Position numbers and translations under genes: made by a program. The notes under the pieces are model-generated. The model ran no database searches. It had not been told where the DNA came from and worked only from the letters and a program-made list of their open reading frames with translations. This document shows positions 57,424-64,000 of a stretch of DNA of 64,000 nt, one piece after another. The DNA comes from an uncultured Gemmatimonadales bacterium (GTDB lineage Bacteria; Gemmatimonadota; Gemmatimonadetes; Longimicrobiales; Longimicrobiaceae). Position 1 is the stretch's first letter. Each line of letters begins with the position of its first letter. The stretch lies in the NCBI GenBank assembly GCA_963716255.1, contig OY970303.1, positions 704,001-768,000 on the forward strand. The letters are read 5' to 3'.

Positions 57424-58584
57424 CTACAGCACCGCCCCGATCCGCCGCGCCGCCTCGCGCAGCCGGTCCTCGCCCGTGGTGAGCGCGATGCGGAAGAACC
57501 CCTCGCCCCCCGCGCCCAGCGACGCGCCCGGCGTCACCGCAACGCCCTGCTCCAGCAGGAGCCGCCGCGCCCAGGCCTCCGATCCGGTCCCCTCCGGGAG
57601 CGGCACCCACAGGTACATGGTCGCCCGCGGCGCCTCCACCCGCAGCCCCGCCGCGCGCAGCCCCTCCACCGCCGCGTCCCGCCGCCGGCGAAAAATCTCC
57701 AGGTTGCCGGGGAGCCACTGCCCGTGCGAGCGGAGCGCCGCCGCCGCCGCGTGCTGCACGAACAGCGGGAGCCCCGTGTCCGCGAAGGTCTTCACGCGCT
57801 GCAGGGCGGCCACCAGCTCCGGGCGTCCCGCCGCCCACCCCACGCGCCACCCGGTCATGTTGTACGTCTTGGAGAGCGAGTGGAACTCGATGGCCACGTC
57901 GCGCGCGCCGGGGATCTCCAGGATGGAGGGCGGCACGTAGCCGTCGAAGGCCACCTCCGAGTACGCGTTGTCGTACGCCAGCACCACGTCGTGCTCGCGG
58001 CAGAACGCCACCGCGTCCGCCAGGTACTCGCGCGGCGCGATCGCGGCGGTGGGGTTGTTGGGGTAGTTGAGGTACAGGATGCGGGCCCGCCGCGCCACCT
58101 CCGCGGGGATGTCCTCCAGCGGCACCAGGAAGCGGTTTTCCGGCCGCAGCGGCACCACGTACGGCTCCCCGCCCGCCAGCACGGTCCCGCCCAGGTACGC
58201 CTGGTAGCCGGGGTCGGGGACGATGGTCACGTCGCCCGGGTCCAGGAAGGCGAAGGGGAGGTGGAAGATCCCCTCCTTGGAGCCCAGCAGGGGCAGCACC
58301 TCGCGGCTGCCGTCCACCATCACGCCGAAGCGCCGGTCCATGAAGCGGACGATCTCCTCGCGGAGGTCGGCCAGCCCGATCTGGAAGCCGTAGCGCGAGT
58401 TGACCGGGTCCAGCGCCGCCGCGCGGAGCGCCTCCACCGCGTCCGGCGGCGGGGCCAGGTCGGCGTCGCCGGCCCCCAGGTCGATCACGTCCACGCCCTT
58501 TGCCTTGAGGTCGCGCTTGATCTGGGGGACGTCCTGGAGCGGGTACGGCGGCAGGGTGTTCAGCCGTTTGCAGGTATCGGGCAT
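57424..58584 (-). CDS. Class I/II PLP aminotransferase (LL-DAP aminotransferase-like)
   Basis: GSKEG, PDPGY, NYPNNPT, DNAYSE, SLSKTYNMTGWRVG. Confidence 0.92.
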   Translation of the reverse strand: MPDTCKRLNTLPPYPLQDVPQIKRDLKAKGVDVIDLGAGDADLAPPPDAVEALRAAALDPVNSRYGFQIGLADLREEIVRFMDRRFGVMVDGSREVLPLLGSKEGIFHLPFAFLDPGDVTIVPDPGYQAYLGGTVLAGGEPYVVPLRPENRFLVPLEDIPAEVARRARILYLNYPNNPTAAIAPREYLADAVAFCREHDVVLAYDNAYSEVAFDGYVPPSILEIPGARDVAIEFHSLSKTYNMTGWRVGWAAGRPELVAALQRVKTFADTGLPLFVQHAAAAALRSHGQWLPGNLEIFRRRRDAAVEGLRAAGLRVEAPRATMYLWVPLPEGTGSEAWARRLLLEQGVAVTPGASLGAGGEGFFRIALTTGEDRLREAARRIGAVL

Positions 58585-58635
58585 GTATGGGGTCTGCGGC
58601 GGGGTTTTCGTTGATGGATTCGGGTCTTGAGCGTG

Positions 58636-58768
58636 GGGCCGCTCCGGAACCAGGCCAAACTGCCGGCCTGTTTCCTACGCGGGTCGCGAAGCCAGCCGAA
58701 ACTGCCCGGCTGTCTCCGCTCCGGCTGCGGGAGCCCCCCGGAAACTGCCCCGGGGGTCTCCCTCCGCA
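58636..58768 (+). repeat. Structured repeat family B, copy 4
   Basis: Three hairpins, each with an AAACTGCC loop. Confidence 0.85.
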
Positions 58769-58926
58769 CAAGGGGTGGGGAACGGCGGGGACGGCAAACT
58801 GCACGGCCGTCCACCCCCGCTGTCACCTTTCACGCCGCCGGCGACCCGGGCCACCGGAACGACGAAGCCCTCCCCCGGTGGCGGAGGAGGGCCGTATTTG
58901 CAGGCTGTTCCCTGTTCCCTGCCGTT

Positions 58927-59427
58927 TCAGGCCGGCGTGGGCTCCGGTGGGCCCTGGCGCGGCTCGCCCGCGAGGCCCAGGCGCAGGGCGAGCAGGATCC
59001 CGCCCACGGTGATGGCGACGTCGGCGACGTTGAAGACGAAGGGGAAGAAGCGCACCAGGATGAAGTCCGTGACCGCGCCGTTGAGGAGGCGGTCGCCCAG
59101 GTTGCCCAGGGCCCCGGCGACCACCAGCGCGGCGGCGAAGTGCAGCAGCCGGTCGTGGGTGGTGCGGATCAGGTGCACGCACACCACGATCCCCACGATG
59201 CCGGCGAGGGTGAGCGCCAGCATGCGCAGCCAGCTCTCGCCGCCGCCGGCGAACATGCTGAAGGCCACGCCCGTGTTGCGGCGGTGGGTGAAGACCACCC
59301 AGCCGTCCACCACCGTGTGCCAGCCGTCCACCGGGAGGCGGTTCTGCACCCAGGCCTTGCTGACCCAGTCGGCGGCGGTGACGGCGGCCACCAGGGTGGC
59401 CAGGGCGCGGTTGCGGGTCACGGTCAT
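58927..59427 (-). CDS. lspA: Lipoprotein signal peptidase II
   Basis: NTGVAF, GALGNLGDR, VTDFI, VFNVAD. Confidence 0.95.
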   Translation of the reverse strand: MTVTRNRALATLVAAVTAADWVSKAWVQNRLPVDGWHTVVDGWVVFTHRRNTGVAFSMFAGGGESWLRMLALTLAGIVGIVVCVHLIRTTHDRLLHFAAALVVAGALGNLGDRLLNGAVTDFILVRFFPFVFNVADVAITVGGILLALRLGLAGEPRQGPPEPTPA

Positions 59428-60044
59428 GCGGCCTCCACGGGGTTGCGGACGGTTCCGACGCCCGGCACCTCCACCTCCACCACGTCGCCGGGGTGCAGCC
59501 GCGACACGCCCGCCGGGGTGCCGGTGGCGATCACGTCGCCCGGCTCCAGCGTCATGATCCCCGACACGTACGCCACCAGCGTGGGGATGTCGAAGGCCAT
59601 GTCGCGCGCGTGGCCGTGCTGCCGCACCTCGCCGTTGACACGGCAGATCACCTCCAGCGTCTCCCAGTCCACGCTCTCCGCCGGGACCACCGTGCCCATG
59701 GGGCAGAAGGTGTCGAACCCCTTTGCGCGCGCCCACTGCCCATCCATCTTCTGCAGGTCGCGCGCGGTGACGTCGTTGAGCGCCGCGAAGCCCCCCACGT
59801 AGCGCATGGCCCGCTCCCGGTCCACGTGCCGCGCCCGCGCGCCCATCACCACCGCGATCTCCCCCTCGTGCTCCACGCGCTCCGACTCCGGCGGGAGCAC
59901 GATCGCGTCGCCCTCCTCCACCAGCGCCGAGGGCGGCTTGAAGAACAGCAGCGGCCGCTCGGGCACCTCGTTCCCCAGCTCGCGGGCGTGCTCCAGGTAG
60001 TTGCGGCCGACACAGACGATCTTGGACGGTCGGGGAGTGGGCAT
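59424..60044 (-). CDS. Fumarylacetoacetate hydrolase family protein
   Basis: KIVCVGRNY, HEGE, NDVTARD, KGFDTFCP, GDVIATGTP. Confidence 0.94.
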   Translation of the reverse strand: MPTPRPSKIVCVGRNYLEHARELGNEVPERPLLFFKPPSALVEEGDAIVLPPESERVEHEGEIAVVMGARARHVDRERAMRYVGGFAALNDVTARDLQKMDGQWARAKGFDTFCPMGTVVPAESVDWETLEVICRVNGEVRQHGHARDMAFDIPTLVAYVSGIMTLEPGDVIATGTPAGVSRLHPGDVVEVEVPGVGTVRNPVEAA

Positions 60045-60214
60045 TGCAGACGAAGTGCGTGAGTACGAAAGTTCGGTTCATCCGCTGCACGCGCAGCGTG
60101 CCGCGTCACGACGAGTACGAAGTACGCAGTACGGAACCGTGGAGTTCCGTGTCGTGCTCCCCCTCTCCCGCTTGCGGGGGAGGGGGCCGTTGCAGTTCCC
60201 GCCGTACCCCCCGA

Positions 60215-60351
60215 ATCCGCTGCGGAGGGAGACCCGCCGGCTGTTTGGCGGGGCTCCCGCAGCCGGAGCGGAGACAGCGGGGCCGTTTCCGCTGGCTCCG
60301 CGACCCGCGCAGGAGACGGACGGCAGTATCGTCCGGCTCCGGAGCGGCCCC
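60215..60351 (-). repeat. Structured repeat family B, copy 5
   Basis: Closely matches copy 1; about 20 nt after the helicase stop. Confidence 0.85.
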
Positions 60352-60372
60352 AGAGCAAGATCTATCGAAAGC

Positions 60373-62928
60373 TCACCCCGCTCGAAGCGCTTCCTGGCGA
60401 CCCCGGTAAAAACGCACCATCTCCTCGCGCACTTCCTTCCACGGGGCCATGCGCACCGGCACCTCCGGGAGCGACTCCAGAAAATAGCGGCCGTAGCTCT
60501 TCCTGGCGATGCGTCCGTCCAGCACCATCACCACCCCGTGGTCCTCGCGCGAGCGGATCAGCCGCCCGAACCCCTGCTTCATGCGGATGGCGGCGTTGGG
60601 CAGCATGTAGCTCATGAACGAGTTCCCCCCCGCCTGCTCGATGGCCTCGATGCGCGCCGCCGTCACCGGCTCCGTGGGCACCTTGAAGGGCAGCTTGGGG
60701 ATGACCAGCCCCCGCAGCGGGTGCCCGGGGACGTCCACCCCCTCCCAGAACGAGGTGGTCCCCAGCAGGATCCCCCGCCCGGACGCGGCGAAGCGCTCCA
60801 CCAGCTGCCCACGCGCCGCCTCGCCGTGCACGAACAGCGGCCACTCCAGGTCCATCTTTCGCTTCCGCAGCTCCCCGGCCACGTGGCGCAGCGCGCGGTA
60901 CGAGGTGAAGAGCACGAAAAGCCCGCCGTCCGAGATGCGGGCGTGCTCGATGACGGCGCGCACGGTGGCCTCGTCGTGCCGCGGGTCGGAGTCGCCGGCG
61001 GGGACGGGCAGGTCGGTGGGCACCACGAACAGCGCCTGCTCCCGGTAGTCGAAGGGCGACGGGTACACCGCCTCCTCCACCCGCAGCTCGCCCTCCGCCT
61101 CGCCCTCGCGCGGCGCCCACAGCCCCAGCCGGTTGCGCACGAAGCGGAAGTTGCCCTGCGTGGCCAGCGTGGCCGAGGTGAGCACCACGCTGGGGACCTT
61201 CTCGAACAGGCTCTCGCGCAGCACGCTGGACAGGTCCAGCGGCGCGGCGGACAGCGTCAGGTTGCCCTCGCGGCCGTCGCGCTCGGGCTGGCGCTCCATC
61301 CAGCGCACCATCCTGAGCCCGTCGTCGGGCGGGCGGAGCGCGGCCCGCAGGGCGTCGGCGGCGGCCTCCACCCGGTTGGCGGCGCCGCGCAGCTCCATGA
61401 GCTGCGGCTCCAGCATCTCGCGCAGCGCCTCGTCCAATCCCACCCGCTCGCGCAGCAGCTCCATGCCCCGCAGCAGCGAGTCCATGTTCTCCAGCAGGCC
61501 CACGAGCGCGTCCTCCAGCCCGAGCACCCACACCGGGTGCCGGGGGAAGTCGTCGTGCAGGCGCACCATCATGGCGCCCGCCTCCTTGAACACGTCCTCC
61601 AGGAAGGAGAACACCGTCGCCGCGCGCTCGCGGGCGCCGTCCAGCGCGGGGAGCAGCCGCTCGCCGATGTGGTCCAGGGCGCCGCGCGCCAGCAGGTCGT
61701 CCGGGCGCAGCCGCAGCGCCTCCGCGAAGGCGGGGAGGAGTCCCTTCTTGCGGTTCTCCAGGCGCGCCAGGGTGCGGAAAAGGCCGCGCCGCGAGACGGT
61801 CGCGCCCAGGTGGCTGGTGGCGGACTCCTCCAGGTTGTGGGCCTCGTCCAGCACCAGCCGCTTGTACTGGGGGAGCACCGCGGGGGCGGTCCAGTTCCCC
61901 TGCATGCGCCGCACGGCCAGGTCCGAGAAGAGCAGGTGGTGGTTGACCACCACCACGTCGGCGGAGGAAGCGTCGCGGCGGGCGCGCTGGTAGAAGCACT
62001 CCTCGAAGTGGGGGCACTTGGCCCGCAGGCACACGTCCGATTCGGACGACACCTCGTCCCACACCTCGCCCGAGGGGCGGAAGGACAGGTCGGAGAGCGA
62101 GCCGTCCTGCGTCTTCTTGAGCCACTCCACGATGGACGACAGCTCGGCCTGCTTCTGCGCGTCGAAGAGCGCGGGCGCGGTTTCCCGGGCCAGCAGCGCG
62201 CGGCGGATGGAAACGTAGTTGCGGCGGCCCTTGACCAGCGCGAAGCGGAAGGGCTCCCCCAGCGCGCGGCGCAGGAAGGGGAGGTCCTTCTCGACCAGCT
62301 GCTCCTGGAGGTTGATGGTGTTGGTGGAGACCACCGTGCGCTCGCGGTTCTGGAGCGCCCAGCGGATGGCCGGGAGGAGGTATGCCACCGACTTGCCGGT
62401 CCCCGTCCCCGCCTCCGCGATCCCCACCCCGCCCTCGTTGTAGACGCCGGCGATCATCCGCGACAGGTCGCGCTGCTGCGGGCGGTCCTCGTAGCGCGGG
62501 TGCCGCCCGGCGATGGGGCCGCCCGGCCCCAGGTCGGCGTCGATGCGGTCCAGGTCCAGCGGCTCCGCGCGGTCCTCGTCCGGCGGCTCCACCACCACGT
62601 ACAGCTCGGAGGCCGCGTTGTCGGTGATGGCGAAGCCCAGCCCCTGCTCCCAGAGCTGGGCCGCCACGGCCAGGTCCGCCTCCGAGGGCTCCAGGCGGCC
62701 GGAGGGGTGGTTGTGGATGAGCAGCCCACCCGGCTCCGGGCTGCGCACCGCGGCCAGAACCGCCGAGGCATGGCCGCGCGCCACCACCCGCGGCTCGGAC
62801 ACCTCGCCGTCCTCGCCCACGCGCGCGAGGAAGCACACCTCGTTGCCGCGCGCCCGCAAGATCTCGCGGCGCAGCAGCTCCGAGGCTTCCAGGGTGAGGT
62901 ACAGGTCCTGGCGGGTGGACGGTGGCAT
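60373..62928 (-). CDS. DinG/YoaA family helicase with N-terminal JAB (RadC-like) domain
   Basis: HNHPSG...PSEAD JAB motif; EAGTGTGKS, DEAH, TSATL, FWEGVD, QGFGRLIR. Confidence 0.92.
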   Translation of the reverse strand: MPPSTRQDLYLTLEASELLRREILRARGNEVCFLARVGEDGEVSEPRVVARGHASAVLAAVRSPEPGGLLIHNHPSGRLEPSEADLAVAAQLWEQGLGFAITDNAASELYVVVEPPDEDRAEPLDLDRIDADLGPGGPIAGRHPRYEDRPQQRDLSRMIAGVYNEGGVGIAEAGTGTGKSVAYLLPAIRWALQNRERTVVSTNTINLQEQLVEKDLPFLRRALGEPFRFALVKGRRNYVSIRRALLARETAPALFDAQKQAELSSIVEWLKKTQDGSLSDLSFRPSGEVWDEVSSESDVCLRAKCPHFEECFYQRARRDASSADVVVVNHHLLFSDLAVRRMQGNWTAPAVLPQYKRLVLDEAHNLEESATSHLGATVSRRGLFRTLARLENRKKGLLPAFAEALRLRPDDLLARGALDHIGERLLPALDGARERAATVFSFLEDVFKEAGAMMVRLHDDFPRHPVWVLGLEDALVGLLENMDSLLRGMELLRERVGLDEALREMLEPQLMELRGAANRVEAAADALRAALRPPDDGLRMVRWMERQPERDGREGNLTLSAAPLDLSSVLRESLFEKVPSVVLTSATLATQGNFRFVRNRLGLWAPREGEAEGELRVEEAVYPSPFDYREQALFVVPTDLPVPAGDSDPRHDEATVRAVIEHARISDGGLFVLFTSYRALRHVAGELRKRKMDLEWPLFVHGEAARGQLVERFAASGRGILLGTTSFWEGVDVPGHPLRGLVIPKLPFKVPTEPVTAARIEAIEQAGGNSFMSYMLPNAAIRMKQGFGRLIRSREDHGVVMVLDGRIARKSYGRYFLESLPEVPVRMAPWKEVREEMVRFYRGRQEALRAG

Positions 62929-63436
62929 GCCCTCGGTACCGCGTGGCGGCGCGGCGGTTCCCCGCCCCGCCGGGCCGCCGCGGGCGGGAAAGTTCACGCC
63001 CGGGTGAGGCACGGAAGGGACACTCCTGGTGCACGCGTGCGGCACCCGGGTGGGGCACGCCAGGATCACCGCACCCCGCACGGGTCCCCGCAAGCACAAA
63101 CGTTTGTTGAATTTGGTGGTCGTGCGCGGGCGCGGCGCCGAGCCCCCTCCGGCGCGGCATGGGGCCTGCCTGGGAGGCTCAGCGAGTCCACGAACCGGCG
63201 TCCACTCCCGCCCGAAGGGAACTCTGGACGCTGCCGACCCCTACACATATATTCGGACAGGTAACGTAAAATGCCATGACGCGAGCCCCGGTTTCCGTCC
63301 GCAGCGCCGCCCGTATGAGCGGCCCGGCGGCCCGCCGGCACCGGCCGGGAAATAGACGATCCGCACCATCCACGAAGCGCACGGCCGACGCACCGCGGCA
63401 CGCGCACCGTCAGAACACCACGGAAACAACCGTACG

Positions 63437-64000
63437 ATGAACGTCAGCAAGGAAAACGCCCTGCGGGCGGTGCTCAGGGCGGCGCTGGAGGGCCGCGAGG
63501 ACGAGGCGCGCTTCCTCCTGGGGGGCGTGGTCGCCGACCGCCCCGAGGCCGGATCCGACCCCGAGGGGCTCCAGGACTACATCTTCGCGTCGGCGCTGTC
63601 GCGGCGGCTGGACCCCGCCCGCTCCGCCGAGATCAACCTGTACCTGCAGCAGTTCGAGCTCCAGCAGATCTCGCTCTTCAACCTGCTCGCCGAGCACCTC
63701 CCCAGCGTCCGCCTGTCGGTGGAGGTCGCCAACGAGATCCTGGCCGGCTTCCTGGCCGGGTGGGACGAGGTGGCGCTGCTGGACCTGGGGATCGGCACCG
63801 GGCGGCAGGAGGCGGCCGTGCTCCGCGACCTGGCCGCGCGCGGCCAGCTCCCCCGCCGGCTCACCGTGTTCGCGGTGGAGCCGGACGCCGCCAGCCTGCG
63901 CACGGCGGAGGCGGCGCTGCGCGGCGTCGCGGACGAGCTGGGCGTGGAGCTGGAGTTCCACGGGCTGAACCTGATCGCCGAGGAGCTGCGGGACGAGCAC
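63437..64000 (+). CDS. Bacterial GRAS-domain protein (truncated by window edge)
   Basis: Not in the ORF track. Hand translation includes ANEILAGFLAGWDEVALLDLGIGTGRQEAAVLRDLAARGQLPRRLTVFAVEP, matching the GRAS VHIID region pattern. Confidence 0.8.
   Translation, partial: MNVSKENALRAVLRAALEGREDEARFLLGGVVADRPEAGSDPEGLQDYIFASALSRRLDPARSAEINLYLQQFELQQISLFNLLAEHLPSVRLSVEVANEILAGFLAGWDEVALLDLGIGTGRQEAAVLRDLAARGQLPRRLTVFAVEPDAASLRTAEAALRGVADELGVELEFHGLNLIAEELRDEH

Noticed and set aside
62930..63436. A riboswitch or ncRNA in the long spacer before the GRAS gene
   Set aside because: I could not match any riboswitch consensus by eye. An Rfam cmscan would be needed.

Overview
A very GC-rich bacterial chromosomal segment. 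The gene content and order suggest Gemmatimonadota (Longimicrobium-like), which is my inference and was not tested. Most of the window is housekeeping or metabolic: the start of the dcw operon (mraZ-rsmH-ftsL), a TonB-dependent receptor, and a long minus-strand run (recJ, rsmD, coaD, pta, rsbV/W/U-like, rsmA, rex, arginine deiminase, DnaQ-like exonuclease, MBL hydrolase, thiolase, bioY, hbd, acyl-CoA dehydrogenase, Leu/Val dehydrogenase). It also holds dnaG, mutS2, a GAF-PAS histidine kinase, a DtxR/MntR regulator, lspA and a JAB-DinG helicase. I found no rRNA, tRNA, CRISPR array, transposase or integrase. Four things stand out. (1) A translationally coupled five-gene operon at 36401-41575 (GNAT, ThiF/E1-like, membrane protein, GNAT, nitroreductase-like) looks like a split, expanded relative of N-acyl-amino-acid/oxazolone (OxzAB-type) biosynthesis. 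It sits next to a RoxA/MauG-type di-heme lipoprotein and a 55-aa stand-alone DnaJ-type zinc finger missing from the ORF track. (2) Two dispersed 130-140 nt repeat families (9 and 5 copies) show compensatory stem changes, share an AAACWGCC-loop hairpin, and mostly lie in sense orientation just after stop codons. (3) A divergent HTH / TPR-like pair has a clear promoter and repeated operator-like motif. (4) A bacterial GRAS-domain gene is truncated at the right edge. MraZ boxes, a Rex operator, and sigma70- and sigma54-like promoters can be read directly from the sequence.
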